Origin: Trueperaceae bacterium
GTDB taxonomy: Bacteria; Deinococcota; Deinococci; Deinococcales; Trueperaceae
Length of the DNA: 64,000 bases
Assembly: GCA_034521815.1 (NCBI GenBank)
Contig: JAXHLW010000011.1
Span: 1-64,000, forward strand
Direction: 5' to 3'
A model generated the notes under the pieces. It was given only the letters and a program-made list of their open reading frames with translations. It was not told the origin of the DNA and did not search any database. The position numbers and the translations under genes are program-made. Below, in pieces: positions 12,011 through 22,332 of this stretch (position 1 is its first letter; each line of letters starts with the position of its first letter).

Positions 12011-13231
12011 CTACCGGCCATCCGTATCTGCGTGCAGGTCCGACGCCGCCGCGTCGCGCTCGATCACCGCGTAGCGATGCCGACGGAGCGTCAACGCCCA
12101 GACGGTCGCCGCCACGGCCGCGGCGGCGACGAGGAACATCGCGACGTAACCGGCCAGCTGCGCCACCACGCCCAGCAGCAGCGGCGCGACGAACTGCACG
12201 AGCCGATTCGCGGTGATGCGTGCGCCGAACGCCATGCCGTGCTCGCGCACGTCGATCTGCTCGACGACGCCCACCATCGTCAGCGGCTGCGCCACACCGA
12301 CCGCGAGCCCCAACACGGCCGACGAGACCAGCAACAAGGCCACGTCGGGCGCCCCCGTGATCATCGCCACCCCCAGCGCCGACGCCGTGAGCGTCGCCAG
12401 GAACGTAGGCATCCGACCCCCCAGCCGCGCGACCACCCCGGCCATGAACGGACGGACGGCCACCGACGCCAGCGAGCGGGCGCTGATCACCACGCCGATC
12501 ACGCTCGCGGGCACGTCCAGGCCGTCCAAGAAGGCGGGAAGGAACGAGTTGTGCGTGACCAAGACGATCATCACCGTGCCGCTCACCCAGAGGCTGAGCT
12601 GCACGGTCGGCAGCCGCCCCAGCGACAGCAGCCGACCGGGCCCCACCCGCACGGGCCTGCGCGAGCGGCCCGCCGGCCGCCCGGCCGGGGCGGACAGGAG
12701 CGCGAACGCCGCCGTCCCGGTGGCCGCGACGACGGCCGCGACCACGAACGCCGAGCGGAACCCCGCGAGGTCCACCAGCACGCCGGCCGTCACCGGGCCC
12801 AGGAGCTGTCCGACCGACACGAACGCTCCGTACCACCCGAAGTTGCTTTCGCGATTCCGGCCCTCGCCCAGCCGCGCCACCATCGCCTGCGCGGCCACCA
12901 CCGCGATCAGCTGTCCCAGCCCGGCCAGTACCTGCGCCAGCAACAGGCTCGAGAACGACGGCACGACCACGACGACCACCGGAGCGATCGCCAGCAACGA
13001 CGTTCCCAGCAGCAGCATCGGCTTCGGGCCGATCGCGTCGACCACGGTGCCTACGGGCACCGCCAGGAAGAACGGGAAGAGGAACGCGGCCGAGATGACC
13101 ACGCCGATCGCGGCCGGCGACGCTCCCAGCTGCACGCCGAACAGCGGCGCCAGGGTGCCCGTCATGAAGAAGGCGGTGAACATCAGCGCCGCCCCGAGCC
13201 CCAAGCCCAGAAGCGGTCCGCGGGGCCGCAC
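12011..13231 (-). CDS. MFS transporter
   Basis: About 12 hydrophobic segments, GTVVDAIGPK motif-A-like loop. Confidence 0.85.
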   Translation of the reverse strand: MRPRGPLLGLGLGAALMFTAFFMTGTLAPLFGVQLGASPAAIGVVISAAFLFPFFLAVPVGTVVDAIGPKPMLLLGTSLLAIAPVVVVVVPSFSSLLLAQVLAGLGQLIAVVAAQAMVARLGEGRNRESNFGWYGAFVSVGQLLGPVTAGVLVDLAGFRSAFVVAAVVAATGTAAFALLSAPAGRPAGRSRRPVRVGPGRLLSLGRLPTVQLSLWVSGTVMIVLVTHNSFLPAFLDGLDVPASVIGVVISARSLASVAVRPFMAGVVARLGGRMPTFLATLTASALGVAMITGAPDVALLLVSSAVLGLAVGVAQPLTMVGVVEQIDVREHGMAFGARITANRLVQFVAPLLLGVVAQLAGYVAMFLVAAAAVAATVWALTLRRHRYAVIERDAAASDLHADTDGR

Positions 13232-13236
13232 GACGC

Positions 13237-14148
13237 TCAGGTCGGCACCTTCGTGTCGCGCACCGGGCAGGAGATCTCGCCCACGCCCGGAATCGCGCAG
13301 CCGACCGTGTCGCCGTCGGCCAGCACGACGGCCCCCGGCGTGCCCGTCGAGATCACGTCGCCCGGCTCGAGCGGCATGATCGCCGAGAAGAACGCCACCA
13401 GCTTCCACGGCGAGTGCAGCATGTTCGCCACCACGTTGCGGCGGGCCGGATGAGCGTCGTGGAGCGTGGTGACCTCGAGCGCCCCGATGTCGTCGATCTC
13501 GTCCATCGTGACCAGGTCGGGCCCCAGCACCAGGAAGCCGTCGAAGCTCTTCGCGCGCGTCAAGAACCTCGGGTTGCGCTGAAGGATGTCCTCGGCCGTC
13601 ATGTCGAGGATCGTGGTGACGCCGGCCAGCACGCCGGGCGCGTCCTTCTCGGCGACGTCCTTGCAGTGCGTTCCGATGATCAGGCCCAGCTCGGCCTCGC
13701 CCGTCGTGCGCTGGCTCTGCCTGGGGACCTGTATCGTCTGGCCCGCGGCGATGATCGTGGTCGCCGGCTTCATGAAGGTGGCCGGCTCGTCCGGCCGGGT
13801 CTCGCCAAGGTCGCCGGCGTGCTCGGCGTAGTTCAGCCCGACGCCGAGAATCTTCGGCGGGCGCGTCAACAGAGGCGCGGCCACGGTGTCGCCCGGAACC
13901 GTGTCGCCCGGAACCGCGTCGCCCGGAACCGCGTCGGTCGGGGACGCGGCCAGCTCGGCCAGCAGCCCTTCGGCGCCGGCGGCCCAGGTCCTCAGCTCGC
14001 CGAGTCGCTGGTCGCGAATCAGCCGTTCGACGGTGCCTGGCCAGCTCGTGCCGGTCCTGCGCGCGATGGCGTCGATCGACACGCGCCCGTGGTCGGTGAC
14101 GAGAGCGGCGTAGGGACCGTCGGGTCCGAGGATGCTGGTCAGTCGCAC
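13237..14148 (-). CDS. Fumarylacetoacetate hydrolase family protein
   Basis: KILGVGLNYAEHA, FMKP, EAELGLIIG, DMTAED, RAKSFDGF, LEPGDVISTGTPG. Confidence 0.92.
   Translation of the reverse strand: MRLTSILGPDGPYAALVTDHGRVSIDAIARRTGTSWPGTVERLIRDQRLGELRTWAAGAEGLLAELAASPTDAVPGDAVPGDTVPGDTVAAPLLTRPPKILGVGLNYAEHAGDLGETRPDEPATFMKPATTIIAAGQTIQVPRQSQRTTGEAELGLIIGTHCKDVAEKDAPGVLAGVTTILDMTAEDILQRNPRFLTRAKSFDGFLVLGPDLVTMDEIDDIGALEVTTLHDAHPARRNVVANMLHSPWKLVAFFSAIMPLEPGDVISTGTPGAVVLADGDTVGCAIPGVGEISCPVRDTKVPT
13886..13935. repeat. 15-bp in-frame tandem repeat (g[t/c]gtcgcccggaacc, about 3.3 copies) encoding DAVPG/DTVPG
   Basis: Units at 13886, 13901, 13916, partial unit at 13931. Confidence 0.9.
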
Positions 14149-14231
14149 AGGGTCGCCTCCGGGGCGGGAACGGGGCCGTCGTACGGCGGGAACGGACGTC
14201 GCGGAGCGTCTCGGCGGGGACGAAGCCGGAC

Positions 14232-15266
14232 TCAGAGCGTCAGCAGCGTAACCCCTCGCGGCGCGAAGGCGCCCATCGACGCCATCACCTCGTGCGCGTC
14301 CGCCAGCGGTCGGCGCTCGCCGATCAGGAGGCCTACGTCGATGCGCCGCTCGCGCACGAACCGCAGCAGCTCCGGGTAGCGCCGGGCCGGCATGCCGTGC
14401 CCCCCGATGATCGTCAGCTCGTGCTTGATCAGCTCCAGCATCGGCACCGGCGGGGCCGCATCGTCGGCCAGCAGCAGCCCCAGCTGCAGGTGCCGTCCCC
14501 GCCGGCGCAGCGCGCGGACGCCTTGGGCCGACGTGAGCGGGCTTCCCAGCGCATCCACCGTGACGTGAGCGCCGCCGTCGGTGGCGTCGCGGATCGCGGC
14601 CACGGGATCGTCGCTGCGGGCGTCGACGGCGACCGAGGCGCCCAGGGCGCGCGCCAGCGACAGCTTCTCCTCCTGCACGTCGACGGCGACGACCTGCGCG
14701 CCCGACGCCGCCGCGATCGCGACGGCCGCCAGACCCAGTCCGCCGCAGCCCAGGACGGCGACCGTCTCGCCGCTGCGGAGGCCCGCCCGGTCCACCAGGC
14801 CGGCGAACGCCGTCATGAACCTGCAGCCCAGGCTGGCGGCCTCGCCCTCGTCCATCCCGGCAGGAAGCGCGACGACGTTCACGTCGGCCCACGGCACCAC
14901 GACCGACTCGGCGAACGAGCCCCAGCCGTCGAACCCGGGCTGGTACTCGTGCAGGCAGAGGTTCTGGAGCCCGTCGCGGCACGGACCGCACGATCCGCAG
15001 CCGCAGCAGAACGGTGCGGTGACGCGCTGGCCGATGCGGACGTTCGTCACCTCGGGGCCCACCTCGCGCACGACCCCGGCGAACTCGTGGCCCGGCACGT
15101 GCGGAAAGCGCACGGTCGGATCGTGACCCATCCAGGCGTGCCAATCGCTGCGGCACACGCCGGTGGCGACGACCTCGATCCGGGCTCCGTGCGCGGGCAG
15201 CGGCGGCTCGGGAACGTCGGCGAGGTGCAGCGGAGCCAAGGGAGCGTCGACCAGGATCGCCTTCAT
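14232..15266 (-). CDS. Zinc-dependent alcohol dehydrogenase family protein
   Basis: GVCRSDWH, GHE, CGSCGPC...C structural Zn cluster, GCGGLG Rossmann motif. Confidence 0.95.
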   Translation of the reverse strand: MKAILVDAPLAPLHLADVPEPPLPAHGARIEVVATGVCRSDWHAWMGHDPTVRFPHVPGHEFAGVVREVGPEVTNVRIGQRVTAPFCCGCGSCGPCRDGLQNLCLHEYQPGFDGWGSFAESVVVPWADVNVVALPAGMDEGEAASLGCRFMTAFAGLVDRAGLRSGETVAVLGCGGLGLAAVAIAAASGAQVVAVDVQEEKLSLARALGASVAVDARSDDPVAAIRDATDGGAHVTVDALGSPLTSAQGVRALRRRGRHLQLGLLLADDAAPPVPMLELIKHELTIIGGHGMPARRYPELLRFVRERRIDVGLLIGERRPLADAHEVMASMGAFAPRGVTLLTL

Positions 15267-15317
15267 GCCGCAGATCGTACGCCGTTCGTGCGCCGCGTCG
15301 GTCGCGGTGGACCGTGT

Positions 15318-15761
15318 CTAGGGAGCACCCTGAATGTAGCTGCGGAGCTGGTCGATCAGGAACGCCTGCTCGGCGATGGTGGCCTTGACGACGTCGCCGA
15401 TCGACACGATTCCGATCAGCTCGCCGTCGCGCATGACGGGTAGGTGGCGAATGCGGAGCTCGGTCATGCGCTCCATGCAGTCCTGCATGGTCCGGTCCGG
15501 TTCGATGGTCACGACGTCGTGGCTCATCACCTCGTCGACGCGGGTCTCGCGCGATGCACGGCCCTTGAGGATCACCTTGCGGGCGTAGTCGCGCTCGGAG
15601 ACGATCCCGACCAGCTGCCCGTCCTCGAGCACGGGCAGCGCTCCCACGTCGTGCTGGGCCATCAGGGCGAGCGCGTCGTACACGCTGGCGTCCTTGGCGA
15701 CGGACCAGATCTGGCCCCCCTTCGACCGGAGCAGCTGACCTACCGTGGTCGTGCCTTCCAT
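15318..15761 (-). CDS. CBS-pair domain protein
   Basis: VGALPV, GIVSERDYARK, IRHLPV, GIVSIGDVVK. Confidence 0.93.
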   Translation of the reverse strand: MEGTTTVGQLLRSKGGQIWSVAKDASVYDALALMAQHDVGALPVLEDGQLVGIVSERDYARKVILKGRASRETRVDEVMSHDVVTIEPDRTMQDCMERMTELRIRHLPVMRDGELIGIVSIGDVVKATIAEQAFLIDQLRSYIQGAP

Positions 15762-15796
15762 GAGGTCTCCCTTCGGGCGTGGAATGGACCATGGTA

Positions 15797-15821
15797 GGGG
15801 CGCCCCGGCGAGGGGCGCCCC
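15797..15821. terminator. GC-rich hairpin downstream of the LysM lipoprotein gene
   Basis: ggggcgcccc-ggcga-ggggcgcccc. Confidence 0.5.
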
Positions 15822-15851
15822 GATCGAACCTGTGTACTCGCCTGGATCAGG

Positions 15852-18825
15852 TCACTCCGTGGCGGGCACCACCGGCTCGGCCGGCACCGTTCCAGATTCG
15901 AGCTGCTCTTCGCTGGGCACGATCAGCACCATGCCGGTGAAGATCAGGTTCGGATCGTCGATCAGGTTGCTGTTCGCCTCCAGGATGTCGGTCCAGCGGT
16001 TGCCGTTCCTGTAGAAGAACGTCGCGATGCTGGACAGAGAGTCGCCAGGCTGCACCGTGTAGATGCCCCGGGCATCGGTGAGGCGCGCGACGACGTTCTG
16101 CGTCGTGTTCAGCTCGGAACGGATCTGGGCCAGCTCGTCGCGTTGGGCCTGCGTGACGACCTCCAGGCCCTGCTGCTCCGCGAGCACCTCCGAAAGCCGT
16201 TCGGTGAGCTCGCCGGCCCTCTCCTGTGCGTTCTCGAGCGCGCTGGACGTCTCGCTCAGCTCGCTGCGAGCGGTCTCGGATACCTCTTCGACCGTGGACA
16301 GTCGAGCTTCGAGCGACTCTCGTTCCGACCGCACCGTCTCGAGCGACTCCAGAAGGGCGTCCCGCTCGGCCTCGAGCGCGGCACGCTCGTTGGACAGCGC
16401 CTCTTGCTCTGCCGCGAGGGTGTCTCGCTCGGCGGTCAGCGCGTCCCGCTCGGCCGCGAGTGCGTCCCGCTCGGAGGCGAGCGCATCGCGTTCGGCAGCG
16501 AGGCGGTCCCGCTCCGCGGCGGCGGCGTCGCGCTCGGCGACGATGTCGTCGCGCTCGGCGGTCAGTCGCTCGACCTCGTCTTGCGACGCGTCGCGATCGG
16601 CAGCGAGCTGCTCCAGCTGGCCCTCGACCTCGCTCAGTCGTGCGCGCGTCGACTCGAGCTCGTCCGTACGCGATGCCAGCTCGGCCGTGCGAGATTCGAG
16701 CTCCGTCGTCCTCGATGCGAGGTCGGCTTCGACAGCTGCGAGCGACTCCTGGACGGTCGAGAGATTGGCCCGCGCCTGTGCGAGCTCGACCTCGGTCACG
16801 GTCAGGTCCGTCGCGATCTGTTCGCGGGCGGCCTGCACCGCGGCCAGCTCCGTGCTGACGTCCTGTGCCCGGGCCGCCGCCTCGTCAGCTCGCGACGCGG
16901 CTTGCTCGCGAGCGTTCTCGGCTCGCGCCAAACGTGCTTCCAGCCCCGAGGCCTCCTCTTGCGCCGCCGTCAGCTCCTCACGTAGCGACGCCACCTCCGC
17001 AGCAGCCGTGTCCCGCTCGGCGCGAACCTCGCTCAGCGTGCCTTCGACGCTCGCGCGCTCCTGTTCTGCAGCAGCGAGTCGTTCCTCGAGGGCAGTCACG
17101 TCCTCCTGCATCGCCGCTCAGCTCGCGCCTCCGTCGACAGCACAGCTCCTCACGCACCGCGCTCAGATCGGCCAGCGCAACGTCACGCTCCGACTGAACG
17201 ACGGCGAGCTCCTCCGCCGCGGTCGCCCGCTCGGCCTCGACCTCCGCCACGCGGGCCTCGAGCCCCGACGCCGCCTCTTGCGCCGACGCCAGCTCCTCAC
17301 GAAGCGACGCCAGGTCCGCAGCAGCCGTGTCCCGCTCGGCGCGAACCTCGCTCAGCGTGCCTTCGACGCTCGCGCGCTCCTGTTCTGCAGCAGCGAGTCG
17401 TTCCTCGAGGGCAGCGACCTCCTCCTGCATCGCCGTCAGCTCGCCCTCCGTCGCAGCACGCTCCTCACGCACCGCGCTCAGATCGGCCAGCGCGACGTCA
17501 CGCTCCGACTGAACGACGGCGAGCTCCTCCGCCGCGGCGGCCCGCTCGGCCTCGACCTCCGCCACGCGATCCTCGAGCCCCGACGCCATCTCCTGCGTCG
17601 ACGCGAGCTCGTCGCGTGCCGTAGCCAGCTCTTCCTGTGCCGTAGCCAGCTCTTCCTGCGCCGAAACGAGGTCGCCCTCCGTCGATGCGAGCTCTTCACG
17701 CACCGCGCTCAGATCGGCCAGCGCAACGTCACGCTCCGACTGAACGACGGCGAGCTCCTCCGCCGCGGCGGCCCGCTCGGCCTCGACCTCCGCCACGCGG
17801 GCCTCGAGCCCCGACGCCGCCTCTTGCGCCGACGCCAGCTCCTCACGAAGCGACGCCAGCTCCGCAGCAGCCGTGTCCCGCTCGGCACGAACCTCGCTCA
17901 GCGTGCTTTCGAGGCTGGCGCGCTCCTGTTCTGCAGCAGCGAGCTGCTCCTCCAGCGCCGTCACGTTCTCCTGAACCGAGCTCAGGTCCGACTCCGTCGA
18001 CGCCAGCTCCTCACGCACCGCGCTCAGATCGGCCAGCGCGACGTCACGCTCCGACTGAACGACGGCAAGCTCCTCCGCCGCGGCGGCCCGCTCGGCCTCG
18101 ACCTCCGCCACGCGGGCCTCGAGCCCCGACGCCGCCTCCTGCGCGGACGCCAGCTCCTCACGTAGCGACGCCAGCTGCGCAGCCGTCTCGTCTTGCGCGG
18201 CCCGCGCCTGGCTCAGGAGCGACGCGACGTTCTCGCGAGCGTTCAGGGCGCGCATCAGTCGGGCGTCCAGCTCGGTCGCACGTTCGCTGGTCGACGCCAG
18301 CTGGGCTGCGAGCTCGTCGCGCTCGGTCTGCAGTGCGCCGAGCGCCTGCTCGGTTTCACTCGCGCGCGCCTCGACCTGTTCGCGAGCGTTCGTCGCACGC
18401 GCGACGCGCGCTTCGAGCGACGTGATCTCGGCTTGGGCGTCGGTCAGCTCCGATTCGAGCTGCTGGACCCGGGTCTGCGCGTCGGACAGCGACTGATCGG
18501 CGGTCGCCACCGCGTTCTCGAGGCCGGCGTTCTCTTCCTCGAGCGAGGCGACTCGCTCCTGCAGCGCCTGCTGTCCGGAGCTCGTCTCGTCGAGCTGCGC
18601 TTGGAGCTCGTCGATCTGGGCGTTCGCGGCTTCGAGATCGGTCTGTGCCGTCTCGGCCTGGCTTTGGGCCTGCTCGAGCTCGGACTCGAGCGTGGAGACC
18701 TGGCCGGTCAGGGCCTCGTTCTCCGCAGTCAGATCCTGCTCGACCTGGCTCGGGCCGCAAGCGGCCAACGTGGCGAGCGCCAGAACCGTGATCGCGGCTC
18801 CGGCTAGGGTCCGTGGAATCGTCAT
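15852..18825 (-). CDS. Giant coiled-coil lipoprotein with C-terminal LysM domain (~990 aa; frameshift near 17110-17145)
   Basis: Lipobox LAAC-G and GGAGG RBS; ~890 aa E/A/L/R heptad region; C-terminal YTVQPGDSLSSIA..FY.NGNRW..I.EAN...IDDPNLIFTGMVLIVP LysM. Confidence 0.85.
16960..18175. repeat. Long near-identical tandem duplications inside the coiled coil (periods 315, 231, 315 bp)
   Basis: Anchor tcacgcaccgcgctcagatcggccagcgc recurs at 17150, 17465, 17696 and 18011. Confidence 0.92.
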
Positions 18826-18965
18826 AGCGGCACCTCCTGGTGTCGGGACGGGCGGACGGGCATACGAAGTCGAACGCCCCTAGCATAGACGAAGCGACGC
18901 CCCGGTCCGTGGCGGCGCATGGATTCCGGACCGCTCGCACCGGTCCCAGCCGTACGATGGCCGGT

Positions 18966-19304
18966 ATGCGACGTCTACGGTTTCTGAGCGACGATCCGGA
19001 CGAAGGCCCGGTCCGCACCCTGTTCGATCTCGCCCCCCGCGACGGCGCCGCGCTGCGCGTCGGATCGGTTCGATTGGCGCCCGGTCAGCGCGTGCCGGAG
19101 GAGGGCGCCTCTTGCCACGGCGTGGACGAGGCGTCGCTGATCGTGTCCGGATCGCTGTCTGGCGAGAGCGGGGGCGAGGCGTTCGCGATCGCGGCCGGCG
19201 ACGCGACCCTGATCCCCGCGGGCGAGGCGCACTGGGCGGTGGCGGGCGACGGCGGCGCCGAGATCTTCTGGGCCTGGTTCGGTGACGTGGCCGGTGAGGG
19301 CTGA
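18966..19304 (+). CDS. Cupin domain protein
   Basis: SCHGVDEASLIVSG and LIPAGEAHW cupin motifs; TACGAT 7 nt before the ATG. Confidence 0.85.
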   Translation: MRRLRFLSDDPDEGPVRTLFDLAPRDGAALRVGSVRLAPGQRVPEEGASCHGVDEASLIVSGSLSGESGGEAFAIAAGDATLIPAGEAHWAVAGDGGAEIFWAWFGDVAGEG

Positions 19305-19306
19305 GC

Positions 19307-20891
19307 TCACGACCGCCGGGCGCCAGCGGCGGGCAGAGCCAAGCGCCAGGCGCGCAGCCGCTCCAGACGGAGCGGGCCGCGGGTGGTCACGCCCCACCAG
19401 GCGTCCGAGCGGCGGTCGTACAAGCGTCCCGTGAACGCGACCCGTCGGTCGACGAACAGCTCCAGCAGGCTCCCGTCGAGAAGCGCGCGCACCTCGATCT
19501 CGTCCGGCAGGTCCAGCGGGAGCGTCATTCGCTGCAGCACCGGGCTGGCCGGGTTCCGATGCGGGATGAGGCGCCGAAGCGTCAGGTCCCCGTGCGAGCG
19601 GTCGAGCTCCACCCGATAGCCGCCCGCGACCTCGGCGTCGGCCTGGAGGAGAAGCCCGAGGCGACCGTCCGGCCCCCAGCGCACGCGGAAGCACGTCTCG
19701 AACCGCTGCGGCTGTCGCCCCAGCCGAAGCAGCGCGAGCTCTTCCCCGCCCGCGAGCTCCCCGCGGATCGCGGCCCCGTCGTGGCGCATCTCGACCTGCC
19801 ACGATCCCAGCGCTCCGGCGAGATCGGGCGTCAGCGGCAGCGCCTCGGCGCGAAGCTGGTCGAGCTCGGCCACCGGCCGCACTGCCGGCTCGGCGTCCGG
19901 GCCCAGCACCAGCTCGCGCGGGAACGCCATCGCGCCGCCCCAGGTCCACGGGCTGCCGTCGTCGGGCTCGCCCTCGGGCGTGCCCGCCGGCGGCTCGCCC
20001 AGCACCGACGCCTCGGGAGGGTCGAGGGTGTCGGACTGCGCTGGCGTCGTGCCAGGGGCGATCCGGTCGAACACGAAGGCGAACAGGAGCCTGCGCCGAC
20101 CGTGGATCGCAGACTTCGCGGCGTACCACCGGAAATCGTCCAGCTGGGCCGCGGCCGGCCTGAGGTACGGTCCGCCCGGATCGTCCGCGATGCGGACCTG
20201 AACGCCGTAGTCCGAGTACAACAGCACGTACCGGTCGTCCAGCTCGACGACTTCGGGGCACTCGCAGCGATGCACGTCCGCGGGGTGGTGCAGGACGCCG
20301 TCCACGCGCCAGCTTCGCAGGTCGTCCGACAGCAGCCGCGCCACGCAGGCGCGCAGCGCTTTCGGGCCGCGGTCCAGCTCGGCGGTGAGCACCATCTCGA
20401 AGCCGCCGTCCGGCGTGCGCCTGAGCTGCGGATCCCGCCAGGCGGCCGAGGGGCCCGTCACGAACGGCGCGACGGGCACGACCAGCGGGTTCGCCGGATC
20501 CTTTCGCCACGTGACCAGGTCGTCGCTCTCGGCGTGACACACGGTCTGCAGGCCACCGTTCGGGGCTCCGACGCCGGTGTAGAACGCGTGGAACCGTCCT
20601 TCGTGGCGGATCACGCAGCCCGTCCAGCAGCCGATGCGCGTCCGGTCCGTCGCCGTCCGGGACCAATGCGTCGGGTAGCGCCGTCCAGCGCAGCAGGTCG
20701 TCGCTGACGACGTGCGCCCAGCGCATCGTCTCGAACGCGTCGGCGCGGGGCGAGTTCTGGAAGAACACGTGCGTTCGGCCCTCGTGCACGATCGGCTTGG
20801 GATCGCCGAAGCGTCCGTGCCTGGGCACGTGATGCAGCGCGACGAGCGGGCGTAGCTCGTCGGCGTCGCGATCGTGCCCGGCGCGCGTCAC
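19307..20891 (-). CDS. Glycoside hydrolase family 32-like (beta-fructofuranosidase/levanase-type; frameshift near 20635)
   Basis: FGDPKP (nucleophile Asp), WAHVVSDDL, CWTGC, WRDP, CECP; C-terminal LDGSLLELFVD beta-sandwich. Confidence 0.85.
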
Positions 20892-20892
20892 G

Positions 20893-21210
20893 TCACCCCT
20901 TGACGCCGCTCGACGCGATCGATTGCACGAACCAGCGGTTGAACAGCAGGTAGACGATGAGAACGGGGACGGTGATCATGGCCGCGAACGCCATGATCTG
21001 ACCCCACTCGCGCGGCTGCTGACCGAAGAACTGCTGCATCGCGACGGTGAGGGGCCGAACCTCTTCGCTCCGAGCGACCATGACCGGCCAGAGAAGCTGG
21101 CCCCAGTGGCGCAGGAACAGCAGGATCGTGACGGTCGCGATGATGGGCCGCGACAGTGGCAGCACGATCGACCAGTAGATCCGCAGTCGACTGGCGCCGT
21201 CGACGATCGC
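20893..21210 (-). pseudogene. C-terminal fragment of a carbohydrate ABC permease (MalG-type)
   Basis: IVDGASRLRIYWSIVLPLSRP (end of EAA loop), LWP, FVQSIASSGVKG; no N-terminal part upstream. Confidence 0.8.
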
Positions 21211-21495
21211 CCGGGAGCATGCCGTCGCGGTCGACGAGCTGGCGGCTCGCCGGGCCGCCCGAGGCGCTGTACCGGCAGGGGGGCGACGCGCTTCGCGCCG
21301 ATCGCCACGCCCGTCGGGCGCAAGCCACGTCGGCCCGGCACCGACTGGGCGCGTGGGACCGCGCGCTCGCCGAGCTCCTCGTGCGGACTCCCGGCCGTGT
21401 CGACGGCCTACGTCCGGAACCGTGAACGCGTGAAGGTGTCGGATGCGGCGGGCATCCGGCTTGCCGCCACAACAACTCGGAATGATTCCGATCTC

Positions 21496-21535
21496 TTGAC
21501 AGGACGGTGCTTCCGGCTATACCCTTGGGGGGTAT
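21496..21535 (+). promoter_or_regulatory. Sigma-A promoter (TTGACA at 21496; -10 TACCCT at 21520) overlapped by a CsoR/RcnR-family operator ATACCC-N5-GGGTAT (21519-21535)
   Basis: Perfect -35; pseudo-palindrome with C and G tracts matching the CsoR operator pattern. Confidence 0.75.
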
Positions 21536-21575
21536 CTGAGCGGACCTCGAAGCTCCGCTCCCAAGGAGGCACACC

Positions 21576-22240
21576 GTGTCCGACATCCCCGAAACCCCGC
21601 GAACCACCGTCCTTCCACGACTGAACGAGCGCTGCGCCCGACTTCACCGCGACCACCACGCAGGGCACGATCTCGCTCAGCGACTACCGTGGCAAGTGGG
21701 TCGTCCTGTTCAGCCACCCGGCCGACTTCACGCCGGTGTGCTCGACCGAGTTCCTGGCCTTCGCCAAGCAGGCCGACGCCTTCGCGGAACGTGACGCCCA
21801 GCTGATCGGCCTGTCGATCGACTCCGTTCACGCTCACCTCGCCTGGCTACGCGATCTCGAAGAGATGGCGGGGGTAGAGGTGCCGTTCCCCGTCATCGCC
21901 GACCTGGACATGAAGGTGGCCGGCAAGTTCGGCATGATCGCACCCCGGCGCGTCCAGACCTCCGCCGTGAGGGCGGTGTTCCTGATCGACCCCGAGGGCG
22001 TCCTCCGCGGCATGCTCTACTACCCCTCAACGTCGGTCGCAGCATTCCCGAGGTCGCTCCGCTTCCTGGACGGCCTGCGTTTCAGCGACGCCGAAGGGAT
22101 GAGCACGCCGGCCGACTGGCAGCCGGGCGATCCCGCCATCGTCGGCGCGCCCAAGACGATGGACGAGATCCGCAAGGACGATCCGGACGCCTACCGACGA
22201 CTACCGGCGCTGGTACCTGCGCCTCAACCAAGCACGCTGA
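21576..22240 (+). CDS. Peroxiredoxin (Prx6/AhpC-TSA type; frameshifted)
   Basis: AAGGAGG RBS; GKWVVLFSHPADFTPVCSTEF, AVRAVFLIDPEG, TPADWQPGD. Confidence 0.92.
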
Positions 22241-22264
22241 CCGATCACGATCGCGTCACGACCA

Positions 22265-22299
22265 CGACCGCCGGCTCCCTTCACGGGAGCCGGCGGTCG
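22265..22299. terminator. 15-bp hairpin between the convergent prx and ABC substrate-binding genes
   Basis: cgaccgccggctccc-ttcac-gggagccggcggtcg. Confidence 0.8.
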
Positions 22300-22332
22300 C
22301 GTTCCATGCCGAGCTCGGCTACAGGACGCGGC

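Noticed and set aside
16960-18175. Long direct repeats as CRISPR array or mobile element
   Set aside because: In-frame coding repeats with no unique spacers, cas genes, transposase or terminal inverted repeats
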